Below, one piece after another: positions 11,239-22,959 of a stretch of DNA of 64,000 nucleotides. Position numbers and translations under genes: made by a program. Below the pieces are notes generated by a model that saw only the letters and a program-made list of their open reading frames with translations, made no database searches and was not told where the DNA came from. The first letter of the stretch is position 1. Each line of letters begins with the position of its first letter. Source of the DNA: an uncultured virus (IMG/VR IMGVR_UViG_2597490189_000005) (Duplodnaviria; Heunggongvirae; Uroviricota; Caudoviricetes); the IMG/VR virus record IMGVR_UViG_2597490189_000005; one strand, 5' to 3'.

Positions 11239-11697
11239 TCACTTACAATATCTATTTTGCATAGCATTAAACATAGAGTCTGAGGCCTCTTTAAGCCTTG
11301 CAAGATCAGATTGAGGATCATAATAAGCTGATTTTTTGCCATTATAATTAAAGTAAAAATCCTTAGTTGCTCTTTGGTATATATAGTCGCTCTCTATCGG
11401 ATTTCCGATAATATCTTTACCTTTAACCTTTCCACATACTGCAAGGCTATATGCTTTAGAGTCAGAAAAGACAATCTCTGTCGAAAATTCACCACACATT
11501 GAGAAAGTATCTTTTTGTACTTTTTGATTAGTAATTAAGACAGCCTGAGCAACATTTAAACATAACTCTGCTTTTTTTTCTGATTTTCTTATAAGCTCAG
11601 CTTTCACCTTATTTTGAGTCGCTTCTATTATTTCCCAATCCGATGCAATAACAAAAGATGACAAAACAGAAGCTACAAAAACAATCATTTTTTTCAT
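11239..11697 (-). CDS. Secreted hypothetical protein (moron)
   Basis: Signal peptide, four Cys, AT-rich. Confidence 0.65.
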   Translation of the reverse strand: MKKMIVFVASVLSSFVIASDWEIIEATQNKVKAELIRKSEKKAELCLNVAQAVLITNQKVQKDTFSMCGEFSTEIVFSDSKAYSLAVCGKVKGKDIIGNPIESDYIYQRATKDFYFNYNGKKSAYYDPQSDLARLKEASDSMFNAMQNRYCK

Positions 11698-11801
11698 AAA
11701 AATACCTTAAAAATAAAGAAATTTTACCATTCTACGAATTAAGATTCGTTTTTCCACCGCCAAAACCTATTTTATCAGGAAAATTCTTTTAATGTTGGCG
11801 G

Positions 11802-12473
11802 CTACTCAGCCGCTTTCTTATTTTTTTCATACTCCGCCATAATCTGATCATATTCATCTTCGGTGAACATTCCCGCTTTTGTATTTTCAGGCAGAATTTG
11901 ACTTTTAAGCAATTGTTGCAGCTCTGTCATTGTCAGATTTTCGGCATCTTCTCGGCTCATGTTGAAATGAGTTCGAGCTAAACTTATGTACTCTATTACA
12001 TCAAAACTTTCCGAAAATTCGTTATTTGCAGATTTTTCTTGCTTTGGTAATTCGCAGCAACCAATCACCCCGTGGACCATTAAATTTTTTGCAAAATTGA
12101 TAATGGTTTTAGGAGGTAATGTGCCAAACTTATATTTTACACCTGACTTTGACGGCAACCACTCACCAACAAGGCTAGAAATATCATCGTCACAACAGCA
12201 AGACATCACAAACATTGCGTTTTGCAAAATTTTTCTACCGAAAACTGGCGAATTTAGCATAGCCCAAAAGAAAGACTGATGTGGCTCTGATTTAGTCAAA
12301 ATGTACGGCATCCTCTCCCGAATTTCACTGCCGTGTAATAACGCATATATTTCGACAATTTCTTTCGGGCTACCGATTTTATAAATGTTCTTGAAGCTAG
12401 GCTTAAATAAAAAGTCTCGGTTTTCAGTCGAAACAAGCATTTCGCCAATTTCGCTTATTGGTGTCAAAGTCAT
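11802..12473 (-). CDS. Probable tail assembly chaperone
   Basis: Lies between tube and tape measure genes. C-terminal ARTHFNMSREDAENLTMTE. Confidence 0.6.
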   Translation of the reverse strand: MTLTPISEIGEMLVSTENRDFLFKPSFKNIYKIGSPKEIVEIYALLHGSEIRERMPYILTKSEPHQSFFWAMLNSPVFGRKILQNAMFVMSCCCDDDISSLVGEWLPSKSGVKYKFGTLPPKTIINFAKNLMVHGVIGCCELPKQEKSANNEFSESFDVIEYISLARTHFNMSREDAENLTMTELQQLLKSQILPENTKAGMFTEDEYDQIMAEYEKNKKAAE

Positions 12474-12489
12474 TTTTCACCTCAAAAAG

Positions 12490-12540
12490 TTAGCATTTTT
12501 GTTAATTTTTTATTGACAATATTAGCATTTTTGCTAAAAT
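12490..12540 (+). promoter_or_regulatory. hicAB promoter with two palindromic operators
   Basis: TTGACA 12513-12518 and TAAAAT 12535-12540. Palindromes TTAGCAttttTG(T/C)TAA at 12490 and 12522. Confidence 0.7.
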
Positions 12541-12570
12541 ACTACCAAGTTAAACAGATAGGAGGAGGTA

Positions 12571-12747
12571 GTGAAGCAAAGCGAATTCCTTAGGTGGCTA
12601 AAGGCTAACGGGGTAGAAGTTGAGAATGGCACAAAACATTTAAAGCTCTACTACAACGGCAAAAGAAGCCACCTCCCCAAACACCCTAGCCAAGAGTTAA
12701 AAACTGGTTTAGTGGAAGGGGTTAAAAAGCAACTAGGCTTAAAATAA
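12571..12747 (+). CDS. hicA: HicA mRNA interferase toxin (58 aa, not in ORF track)
   Basis: GTG start after GGAGGAGG. MKQSEFLRWLKANGVEVENGTKHLKLYYNGKRSHLPKHPSQELKTGLVEGVKKQLGLK. Confidence 0.92.
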   Translation: MKQSEFLRWLKANGVEVENGTKHLKLYYNGKRSHLPKHPSQELKTGLVEGVKKQLGLK

Positions 12748-12804
12748 TATAAAGCCCCTGATGTTAAGGGGCTTTCGCTACACCTCACCAATTAAGGAGA
12801 AAAT

Positions 12805-13221
12805 ATGTTTTATCCAGCGTTATTTACCCCTGCCGAAGAAGGGGGATTTGTGGTGACATTTCCAGATATTCCAGAAGCGATCACTCAAGGTGATACATTT
12901 GAAGAAGCGATGGAAATGGCTGAAGATGTTTTATTATCTAGTGTAGAAATCTATTTCGATGATGAGCGAGCGTTCCCGCTATCACGCCCTGCTGGAATTT
13001 ATGAAACATCTGTGTTTATACCAGAGAGCGTTTATGCGAAAATTTTACTGCACAACACTATGTGCGAAAAATTTATCTCAAAAGCAGAAGTTGCTCGCCT
13101 AAATAATATTAAGCCGCCAGAAATCCATCGGATTTTAGCCCCAAGACATACAACTAGGATTGACACGATTGGCAGAATCTTGGCAAGTCTTGGCAGACCA
13201 TTGCAGCTATCGCTTGCTTAA
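12805..13221 (+). CDS. hicB: HicB antitoxin
   Basis: YPA.F...EEGGFVVTFPDIPEAITQGDT plus C-terminal HTH, follows hicA. Confidence 0.93.
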   Translation: MFYPALFTPAEEGGFVVTFPDIPEAITQGDTFEEAMEMAEDVLLSSVEIYFDDERAFPLSRPAGIYETSVFIPESVYAKILLHNTMCEKFISKAEVARLNNIKPPEIHRILAPRHTTRIDTIGRILASLGRPLQLSLA

Positions 13222-13266
13222 ATTTGCAGAATAACCCCACCTTTAAATAAAGGGTGGGGTTTTTAA

Positions 13267-13746
13267 TTAAGAGATTTCCAGCGTGCTTGCATCACCTACT
13301 TTAAGCTCGATTGAGAACTTAACTAAGTCATTAGTCGGTGCTTCGCTGCTTAATGCAGTGATGATCATCTTACCGATGAAAGTCATATCTCCATAGTTTA
13401 AGCGAACCCATAGATAAGGCTGCTTGCGAGCTTTAACTGAATTAACATAAACAGTGACAATATCCTTAATCCCAAGCTCTGTGGATTTTGGACGTTTCCG
13501 CCACTCACCTTCGCCTGAAATACTAAAGTCCGAATTAGTCACAAGTGATTCTGGAAATCCGCCTGTATCGTCTGCTTCTGACGTGACAGTGTTAGGGCTA
13601 AAATCCCAGCTTTTTGTTGTCATCGCTCCCGCTGCTTTCCATTCGGAGCTTTGTGGTTTTACTTCGGTCGTTGCGTACTCCAACACGACTGCCCGACCAA
13701 CCATTAGGTTTTCTGAATTGCTTGTTGTTTGAGATGATGATCCCAT
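13267..13746 (-). CDS. Major tail tube protein
   Basis: Beta-rich, tube-like sequence in the expected position. Confidence 0.75.
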   Translation of the reverse strand: MGSSSQTTSNSENLMVGRAVVLEYATTEVKPQSSEWKAAGAMTTKSWDFSPNTVTSEADDTGGFPESLVTNSDFSISGEGEWRKRPKSTELGIKDIVTVYVNSVKARKQPYLWVRLNYGDMTFIGKMIITALSSEAPTNDLVKFSIELKVGDASTLEIS

Positions 13747-13754
13747 AATTACTC

Positions 13755-14129
13755 CTATTGATTTGTTGATACAATCTTAAATTGTAGCCTGATAATCATT
13801 CGGTTATCCTCGGTAAACATTGGGGCAGAAATGCTACCCATTGACTCGATGTACCCGAAATTTGTAAAAGGATTGGATAAAACTTTATCTAAAATAGCCC
13901 TTGCTCGTTCTTCGATCATGTAGCCTGAGCTTTTGCTCGCCACAAGGCTAATCAAAAGATAATGCTCACTGCTTAAATCTGCGACTTGTGGTGTTCCGCT
14001 ATTGGGCTGGATCACTATCACAGGCTTGATTTTTTGAGCGTCCTCCCATTGATATAGCTGTACCACATAATCGTCCACAAGCGATTGTTGCTCGAGCCAC
14101 CGCTTGAAGGCTTTGACATAAGAAATCAT
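13755..14129 (-). CDS. Tail terminator/completion protein
   Basis: Size and synteny. Confidence 0.6.
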   Translation of the reverse strand: MISYVKAFKRWLEQQSLVDDYVVQLYQWEDAQKIKPVIVIQPNSGTPQVADLSSEHYLLISLVASKSSGYMIEERARAILDKVLSNPFTNFGYIESMGSISAPMFTEDNRMIIRLQFKIVSTNQ

Positions 14130-14494
14130 AATGACAACTCCTCCTTAATGATTGCCTGAATCGCTGGTTGTGACTCTTTTAATGCCGAAGTCAAAAACTC
14201 TTTTTTTGCTGATGGCTTACGGAAATTTTGCTTAACTCTCGGATCGTGAACATAAACCGCATAATTTGCAGAATATCCTATCCGCCCAGTTAAGCGTGTA
14301 CCGTTTAGCTCCATCTCGGTGAATTGACTGTTGATTAGCGTTGATGTGTCCACTGGAGTGTAATGAGCTGCAAGCGGTGCAACTGTATTTAAAATGCGGC
14401 TCATTGCACGGGTTGCCTTGGTTGCGTGAATCTCGCCAATCAATTGTTTTAATTGCCGCTTTGTCTGCTTAATACCCTTAACCTTGACGCCCAT
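14126..14494 (-). CDS. HK97 gp10-like neck protein
   Basis: TPVDTSTLINS and YAVYVHD motifs. Confidence 0.7.
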   Translation of the reverse strand: MGVKVKGIKQTKRQLKQLIGEIHATKATRAMSRILNTVAPLAAHYTPVDTSTLINSQFTEMELNGTRLTGRIGYSANYAVYVHDPRVKQNFRKPSAKKEFLTSALKESQPAIQAIIKEELSL

Positions 14495-14841
14495 TATCCG
14501 CCACCTGTCAATAAAGCATAATCATCTTGCTTACGCTCAAATGTATCTGCAAATCGCTGGATATGGATAATCTCGTCCGCCCCTGCCACAAAAGGATCTA
14601 CAGCACTACTTTCGCCAATCAACACATAATCGCCGAGTTTTGCCGCTGAGAACTCCGTCCAAATTACATTTTTAACCGATTGCTCTCGACCAATCTCAAA
14701 GCGTGCCATTTTTGCATTTACGCCATAATCACAATCAATAATAATGGGCTCAAAAAAAGTCTGAATGCCATCATTATTTTTGCCTTGCGATTGCCAGATT
14801 GTTGCTTTGGCGGTGTAAGACCAATTAGCCACATTTGACAT
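14494..14841 (-). CDS. Head closure protein (putative)
   Basis: Size and synteny. Confidence 0.55.
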   Translation of the reverse strand: MSNVANWSYTAKATIWQSQGKNNDGIQTFFEPIIIDCDYGVNAKMARFEIGREQSVKNVIWTEFSAAKLGDYVLIGESSAVDPFVAGADEIIHIQRFADTFERKQDDYALLTGGG

Positions 14842-16564
<1,723 letters not shown>

Positions 16565-16577
16565 TTTTTATTGCTCC

Positions 16578-17012
16578 TTATTTGGTGTAAGCATTGGCAA
16601 CAACGACATCGGCATAACCTTTGCCACCGCTAATTTGACGTTGCGCTTTTTCGTCAAAGAAAAATAACACCACATCGCCCACCTCCGCCTTGGTGAGTTT
16701 ACCGCCCGCTTGTTTTACAGTTAGCTCATCGCCATAGTTATAGGTACCGTCTGCAATTTGTGCGTAATACTCTTGTTCAGGCTCAAGACGAAAAGCGGTT
16801 GCTGTGTCACCCTTGGCATAAGGTTGATCTACCGTCTGCCCCTTAAATCGGTTGTTGCCCAATAAAAAACGGCGACCTTTTAAATCAGCCGCCGCCTCTA
16901 ATTTTCCGTTGCTCAACTTAACCACCGCACCTGGTGCTGACGTATCGTTGATCACGATATTTTCCACAAGTGGTTCACGTTTGACCGAACCACGATAGAT
17001 TACGTTACTCAT
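16578..17012 (-). CDS. Head decoration protein (putative)
   Basis: Position between scaffold and capsid genes. Confidence 0.6.
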   Translation of the reverse strand: MSNVIYRGSVKREPLVENIVINDTSAPGAVVKLSNGKLEAAADLKGRRFLLGNNRFKGQTVDQPYAKGDTATAFRLEPEQEYYAQIADGTYNYGDELTVKQAGGKLTKAEVGDVVLFFFDEKAQRQISGGKGYADVVVANAYTK

Positions 17013-18375
17013 TTTCGCTCTCCTTTTGGTTAAGGGTGTAGCCATCCCACTGGTTTTTGCCATTTTGATTCGCTGAATTGTTGTTTAACCCAGCCGCTTG
17101 TTGTGTTTGAGCGTACATCTCTTTCAGAGCATCTCCATTTAACGCATTGACCGCAGTATCACTCAGGTTAAATTTAGTTTTAACTGCATCACGCATTGCA
17201 GCTTGCTCTTTATCCGCATTAGCTTGTAAAACTGCTTGCAATGGTGCAATTGCTTCATTAACTGCTTTTTTGATTTTTTCATCAATAGCCTTGTCACCAT
17301 CTTCTTTCGGCTTTTCAGGTTCTTTGCCTTTTTCTGCTTGCAATTTGTTGTAAGCAGTTAAAAGCTGTTCATCATCCAAGCCTTCGGTTTTAACATTTGC
17401 CGCATTAAGAGCCGCTAAGATTTTGTCTTTCATTTCGTTTTGATCTCCATTTGTTGTGAGTTCTTCGTAGCCGATTTTCTTAACTACTTCGACAGGCTCA
17501 CTTGTAAGCTGCACCTTGTCATTTTCGTCAATGTAATAGCTCCGCTTGTATTTCTTGCCGCTATTGTCGTCAGAATAAATAAAATATTTCGGATAAACCG
17601 CTTCGATCCATAAAGACCACTTATCGTTGCCTTCTGGGCGAATCGCTTCACGCAAAATTCGGTAGATCTCATCAAAAGACAAGTCTGAATTTTGCATAAA
17701 ATAAAATCGGACTTTATCAAGTAGGTTTTCCGTGCGGTAATCAACCGCTTGTGATAGGTTTACATTTTCCACCCCCATTTCGCTTCCATCTTGGTTTACA
17801 AAAATTCCTACACCGTCTTCTGGTGTTGCGGCACCAGGCACATCAAGCAAAATCGCAATATGGTCAAACGCCATATTCGTCGCAATCCAGCTATATTTTT
17901 TACCTTTAGACTTACCAGACTGTTTTACTTTGTTTAAGATCAGTCCCGTTGATACGTGGATTGGTTCGGCTTTTTGATTTGCCACTAAATCATCAAGACG
18001 TGCCAACAAATTTTTACCCTGATCAGAACCTTCCGCAAAACGGCGATTGATATACATATCAACCAGCACCTTATCATTTTCTTTTCGAACGTTTTTTGCC
18101 CAAGCTCCAACGTGGTGCTTGTTCACCGCTCTTACATCTTGGGCAGACACATATTTACCTTCTATTTGCGGATGCCCTAATGGCATCAAGTTACCTTCAA
18201 GGCTGTTGTAACTTTTCTGGATTTCTGCCGCTGGATATAGTCCGTCGTTCATCACGACATCATCAACGATAGGCACAACACCACGAATGATTAAATGCTG
18301 GTCGCCGTCAATCGTCTCATTACTGATGTTGTTGCTATTGACGACTGAGATGATATTTACGCTATTTTTTGACAT
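17005..18375 (-). CDS. Prohead protease/scaffold (DUF2213-like)
   Basis: PLGHP, VSTG, FDHIAILL..PGA motifs and a charged helical C-terminus. Confidence 0.75.
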   Translation of the reverse strand: MSKNSVNIISVVNSNNISNETIDGDQHLIIRGVVPIVDDVVMNDGLYPAAEIQKSYNSLEGNLMPLGHPQIEGKYVSAQDVRAVNKHHVGAWAKNVRKENDKVLVDMYINRRFAEGSDQGKNLLARLDDLVANQKAEPIHVSTGLILNKVKQSGKSKGKKYSWIATNMAFDHIAILLDVPGAATPEDGVGIFVNQDGSEMGVENVNLSQAVDYRTENLLDKVRFYFMQNSDLSFDEIYRILREAIRPEGNDKWSLWIEAVYPKYFIYSDDNSGKKYKRSYYIDENDKVQLTSEPVEVVKKIGYEELTTNGDQNEMKDKILAALNAANVKTEGLDDEQLLTAYNKLQAEKGKEPEKPKEDGDKAIDEKIKKAVNEAIAPLQAVLQANADKEQAAMRDAVKTKFNLSDTAVNALNGDALKEMYAQTQQAAGLNNNSANQNGKNQWDGYTLNQKESENE

Positions 18376-19300
18376 TTTTTAATGCTCCCACCCATTGTTT
18401 ACGTTCTTTTGCCAACTCAAGCAAGAGTGGCTCAATATCTGTTTTACCGTCAGCATTAACAACCACCACTGACTGCTTACAGTAACAGTTGAACTGATTA
18501 CCGTCTTTGCTGTACCACGCCCGCACTTCCGCCACATCAAAGTATTTACCGTGCCGTTGTGCATGTGTCAGTCTCGTTGTTGCTTTGAGTGCTGAAAAAT
18601 GCAAGAGCTTGGTGTTTAGTCCAAGCTCTTGTTTTGCTTCTTCTGCCTCTTGCCATTCTGCCCGTCTGTATGCTGCCAACTGGCTTGATTGTGCCATTCG
18701 TTTAGCTCGCTTGGCGGATACATCAAGTTTTTGTTTAATCTCTCTAGCAGTCTCTTTTACGTTACTGCCATTAAAAACTGCTTCCGTGATCACACCTGCT
18801 AAAGTCTTTCGCAACTCGTCACTTAACCCTTGCCACTCGCTATAGCTTGCTGTGTGAGCTAGTGCCAAACGGTTAAAATAAGCAGGGCTAAAGATGATTG
18901 ATGATAGATTTCGCTTAGCACGATAAATCTCAGATTGCAGACTTAAATCAGTAACTGCCGATTGCGTGCCTTTTAAGGTAGCTTCGTCGATATAGACATC
19001 AAACCAAAGATTTTCGCCTTGCGGTCCATTTGCCAACATCTCTTTGTCGATGATTTTTTGCAAAATCTCAAGCAGCTCCGCCAACTCGCCAGAAGTGAGA
19101 TAAGGTGGATAATACTCAAGATTATTAGTTTGCAGTCGATTTGATATTTTTTGCAAAATTTGCAAATTAACTGACCGCTTGATTTGCGAATAAATGCTAT
19201 CAATGTGACGAAACAACTTGGCCACCGATACGCCCATATTAAGCGGATCGGCTTTATTTGTAGGAATCCTTAGTGGTTTGATTTTCGTCTTGATTTTCAT
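18362..19300 (-). CDS. Head morphogenesis protein (SPP1 gp7/Mu F-like)
   Basis: TR.TH..RHG and NCYC motifs. Confidence 0.8.
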   Translation of the reverse strand: MKIKTKIKPLRIPTNKADPLNMGVSVAKLFRHIDSIYSQIKRSVNLQILQKISNRLQTNNLEYYPPYLTSGELAELLEILQKIIDKEMLANGPQGENLWFDVYIDEATLKGTQSAVTDLSLQSEIYRAKRNLSSIIFSPAYFNRLALAHTASYSEWQGLSDELRKTLAGVITEAVFNGSNVKETAREIKQKLDVSAKRAKRMAQSSQLAAYRRAEWQEAEEAKQELGLNTKLLHFSALKATTRLTHAQRHGKYFDVAEVRAWYSKDGNQFNCYCKQSVVVVNADGKTDIEPLLLELAKERKQWVGALKNVKK

Positions 19301-20630
19301 CGTCTTGTTCAATTGTTGGCGGCAGTGGATTATCAGGTAGCGGCTCAAACCCTAATGCTTCACGAATTTCGTTTGGTACTATCACAGATGCACCGAAAGC
19401 AGATTGTGATGTTGTTGCAACGGATGTCAAAGCCTGTGCGTTTGCGATCTTGTCCTTTTCGCTTGGAGCTAATAAGTCAGACCACGAAACCGTAATCTCA
19501 CCATTTTTAGGCATTGGCAAAACACCAATGAACCACAATCGCTCAAGCACCTGCTTGATCGTCTCACTTAAAAAACCATTACGCCGAGCATTACAACGAT
19601 TGGCCCAGTCCGCTTTATCTTCGTCACTTGCCAATCGTCCCGTCTGCTGACCGAACAAAATCGTAAATGGGATCTGAACCGATGCGGCAAACTCATTTGC
19701 AGAAATTTCCCACGTTGGTTTGGGATCGGCTGGAGCCACAGATAGCACGGAAGCATCTCCCTCTTGAGTAACTAAAGCAGAATCTGTACCAGTATTTATT
19801 TTTTTAATTTTGTCATTTAAAGCTTCAGAAAACGAAGTAAAACCTAAGGCTTTCGCACCTTCTTCAAGTTGTCTCAAATCAACGTCTTTGGTTAATTTGA
19901 TCCCCAACTGTCGGCTCGCATTTTTCAGAAATCCTTCCGCACTACCGCCAGATGTTTTTTCAAGGTCTAGCAATTTGTTGTAACCAGGTTCAAGTAGCGG
20001 CACTCCCGACTCAGGAGAATTAAAATCACCACCTTCGTTGAGCAGAATTACTCTGCTTGCGTGAACTTTAATATCTCGTCCACGCCCTTTCTTGCCGAAT
20101 GCCAACTCACTAAACTGATACATCAAAGGCTCACCATAGTTATCTGCGGCAATGTCCTCTTGATAATCAAGCACAGAAAGCTGAGATTGCCACACGGGAA
20201 TAAGACGCACCAATCCGAACTCACCCAACTTAGTAAGTGAATTTTGCAAAATTGGTTGATCCCATTGTTGGCCATCTTTAACTTGAATCAATAATGCAGA
20301 ATAGTTCCCGACAAGATTACGCTTGTCCGCTTCTTTTATTGCAGCCCAATGGGGCTTCAGAAATCTTTCGACCAAAGCCTCCCATTCGGATGTCTTTTCT
20401 ACTTCATCTTTTTTTCCGCCTTCGACGATTACAGGTACGTCTATCCAGCATTGATTGAGCAATCGCTCAATAGCAGCAAACGCCACGCTGTTTCGTTTGT
20501 AAGCCTTATGGAAGTGAGAAAATACCAAATTTTTAGGGTAGCCGAATTCATCCCATAATTTTTTCCGCTTGGTATTGCCAAGCCCTAGGGCTTCGGCTAA
20601 AAAAGCCAATCGGTCTTGCTCTAGGCTCAT
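19254..20630 (-). CDS. Portal protein (DUF1073-like)
   Basis: Follows TerL. IPFTILFGQQTG motif. Confidence 0.8.
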   Translation of the reverse strand: MSLEQDRLAFLAEALGLGNTKRKKLWDEFGYPKNLVFSHFHKAYKRNSVAFAAIERLLNQCWIDVPVIVEGGKKDEVEKTSEWEALVERFLKPHWAAIKEADKRNLVGNYSALLIQVKDGQQWDQPILQNSLTKLGEFGLVRLIPVWQSQLSVLDYQEDIAADNYGEPLMYQFSELAFGKKGRGRDIKVHASRVILLNEGGDFNSPESGVPLLEPGYNKLLDLEKTSGGSAEGFLKNASRQLGIKLTKDVDLRQLEEGAKALGFTSFSEALNDKIKKINTGTDSALVTQEGDASVLSVAPADPKPTWEISANEFAASVQIPFTILFGQQTGRLASDEDKADWANRCNARRNGFLSETIKQVLERLWFIGVLPMPKNGEITVSWSDLLAPSEKDKIANAQALTSVATTSQSAFGASVIVPNEIREALGFEPLPDNPLPPTIEQDDENQDENQTTKDSYK

Positions 20631-21850
20631 AGTAAAACTCCTTTGGCACTTTTCACTTTTATCAACGGCGTTAAGGCATACCGTAACGCATCAATAAAGT
20701 GGTTATGTGCATCAATTACAACAGGCAACACATCGCCAGACAAGCGGTCGGTTTTGTAGCTATACAAGCGAAATTCGTTCAAGGTTTGCTGACAACGTGG
20801 GTGAATGTAGATTTTCTTGTAGGATTTAATATGAGCAATCCCATCTTCAACACTCCCTTTCCATTTTGAAACGCCATCAATACGAGGCAAGCCGTGTCGC
20901 TTTAAATAGCTAATAGACTCAGGTCTTGCTGAGTCTGCTCGTATTACATACTGCTCAATGCTGGCAATACCTTTCTGCAAAAATGTCGCTGTATCATCAA
21001 GCTCTAACCCGACTTTGCCAGCCTCATATTCAATATACAATTCATCCTTAAACACCCAGCATTTAACTGCGGCAGTTGGGTCGTGAGCAAAACCGAAATC
21101 CAACCCGTGATAAGGGCCTTCAAAATCAGGTAAAGGCTTAAACTCAAGCTCTTGGTATTTTCCTCTAAAGACTTGAGCCTCGCTTTCTTCAAGATAATCC
21201 CCCTCCCAAATCCAACGATAAGTCGCATCATCTAAACGGGCTTTATCCCTTAAGCGTTCTTGCTCTAATACATCAGGAAACCACGGATTATCGCTATAAT
21301 TCATCTCAACAATCGCCATACTTTCGTCTTGATGTTGCCTAAAGCGTAAATCCGTTGCCGAACCTTTCTTTTCAGGGTTCCACGTTAACCAAATTTCCGA
21401 ACCGTTTTCACGCACCGTAGGCAGAAGTTTCCGCCATGCCATTTCACTCACACTTTCCGCTTCGTCAATCCACGCAAGTAAAATCCGTGCTTTTGATTTA
21501 ATACTGTCAAGATTGTGCCGTAAACCTGTAAAAATATAGGAAATTCGACCGCACTTTGTGCGTACATATTTCTCACCAACATCAAAAAAATTTGCTAACC
21601 ACGGTTCACTTTGAATGGCTTGCTTAATCTCTTCTAATGATGAATCTTCCAACGAGTTCATAAACTCACGACCACACAAAATGACACCGCTTTCGCCTTG
21701 CATTGCCCGTTGATATGCAACAACCGCAGTCATCTTGGCAAAAGTGCGTGTTTTTGCCGAACCACGACCACCATAAGCACCACGATAACGCACATTCTGC
21801 TGTGTAAACACCGGTATCAGTTTAGGGGGAAGATTAAGCTGTATTTTCAT
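20627..21850 (-). CDS. terL: Terminase large subunit (PBSX-like)
   Basis: GGRGSAKT Walker A, WIDEAE Walker B, GLDFG and NHFIDALRYA. Confidence 0.95.
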   Translation of the reverse strand: MKIQLNLPPKLIPVFTQQNVRYRGAYGGRGSAKTRTFAKMTAVVAYQRAMQGESGVILCGREFMNSLEDSSLEEIKQAIQSEPWLANFFDVGEKYVRTKCGRISYIFTGLRHNLDSIKSKARILLAWIDEAESVSEMAWRKLLPTVRENGSEIWLTWNPEKKGSATDLRFRQHQDESMAIVEMNYSDNPWFPDVLEQERLRDKARLDDATYRWIWEGDYLEESEAQVFRGKYQELEFKPLPDFEGPYHGLDFGFAHDPTAAVKCWVFKDELYIEYEAGKVGLELDDTATFLQKGIASIEQYVIRADSARPESISYLKRHGLPRIDGVSKWKGSVEDGIAHIKSYKKIYIHPRCQQTLNEFRLYSYKTDRLSGDVLPVVIDAHNHFIDALRYALTPLIKVKSAKGVLL

Positions 21851-22286
21851 TTGGTGCCACCAACTCAATAACCGTAGGGCGAAGTGAGCCGTCAGAGTTT
21901 GTATGATCGATAACCTGTTTGTCAAAGCCTAAAAGTTTAGCTTGTCCCATTACCGCATTTACCGCAGATGAGAATTGAGGGGTATCACGCTCCATCGCCT
22001 CGTTATAGATACGCTCTAGCTTGCCTAACAAGTTATCAACGGTAATGTTATGACGTTGTTGATGAGAACTTCTTAACTCATCCAATCGGACCGTAATCGG
22101 ACCGTTCTTCAGTAGTTCTTTAGCTTTCGTATTGATTGTTTCATTACTCATTTTTGAACAATCGTAAGCCTGCCGATAAGCCTCACTCGCATTGCCAAGC
22201 TCAATATAAAGCTGGCAGAATTTTTCTTGCTTAGGTGTTAACCCACGACCTTTAGACGTGGATTTACCCTCGTCTTTCTTGGTCAT
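21834..22286 (-). CDS. terS: Terminase small subunit
   Basis: LTPKQEKFCQLY...NASEAYRQAY. Confidence 0.92.
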   Translation of the reverse strand: MTKKDEGKSTSKGRGLTPKQEKFCQLYIELGNASEAYRQAYDCSKMSNETINTKAKELLKNGPITVRLDELRSSHQQRHNITVDNLLGKLERIYNEAMERDTPQFSSAVNAVMGQAKLLGFDKQVIDHTNSDGSLRPTVIELVAPNENTA

Positions 22287-22448
22287 AAGATAAATCCTTA
22301 AAATTTGTTATATATAAATTACATCACTTGCGTATTTTCTCGGGGATTTATCTAACAACCCCAAAACCATATGCAAATTATGTAGCATTTGTTTTACACA
22401 AAAGAAAACCGCAATGTACTCAGAAAGCAGTGACTGCGGTCATATTTC

Positions 22449-22721
22449 TTATTTGTATTTGTTATACCACTCTCTAATGCTATCAATCTGACCCGCACAC
22501 AAGTCACGTTCTCCCATCACCTTAACGAGATACTCGATAGCATCACCATAGGTTGTGCCACCAAACTCTGACCGCTCACACTGCACTAAAAAGGCTTGCG
22601 GAGGATATAAATACTCAATCTTTGTCTTTGCTGTGCAACCGCTTAAGCTCATCGACAACAGGACGAGGCAAAGCAGTAACGCTACACGGCTCTTTCTGTA
22701 AAATAGCTTTAATCTGTTCAT
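22449..22721 (-). CDS. Outer-membrane spanin (Rz1-like)
   Basis: Lipobox LSG-C, Pro/Cys, overlaps the i-spanin gene. Confidence 0.8.
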   Translation of the reverse strand: MNRLKLFYRKSRVALLLCLVLLSMSLSGCTAKTKIEYLYPPQAFLVQCERSEFGGTTYGDAIEYLVKVMGERDLCAGQIDSIREWYNKYK

Positions 22722-22959
22722 TACTCTGCTCCACCTGCTTTCGCAGTTTATTTGCAACATTTTGCTGGTATTCCACCGCTTGTCGCTCTTGTTGCAGTTG
22801 CATTGTCAGCTTATTGTTTGCTTTTTGCTGTTGCTCAATAGTTTGGGCTTGTGTTTGGTTCTCGGCTGTCAAGCTATCTATCCTCCGTGACTGACCCCAT
22901 AGCCACGCACACAAGCCCAAAATCAATGCCATTAAGATTTTATTAACCCAGCTAAACAT
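22615..22959 (-). CDS. Inner-membrane spanin (Rz-like)
   Basis: N-terminal TM followed by coiled coil, downstream of endolysin. Confidence 0.8.
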   Translation of the reverse strand: MFSWVNKILMALILGLCAWLWGQSRRIDSLTAENQTQAQTIEQQQKANNKLTMQLQQERQAVEYQQNVANKLRKQVEQSNEQIKAILQKEPCSVTALPRPVVDELKRLHSKDKD

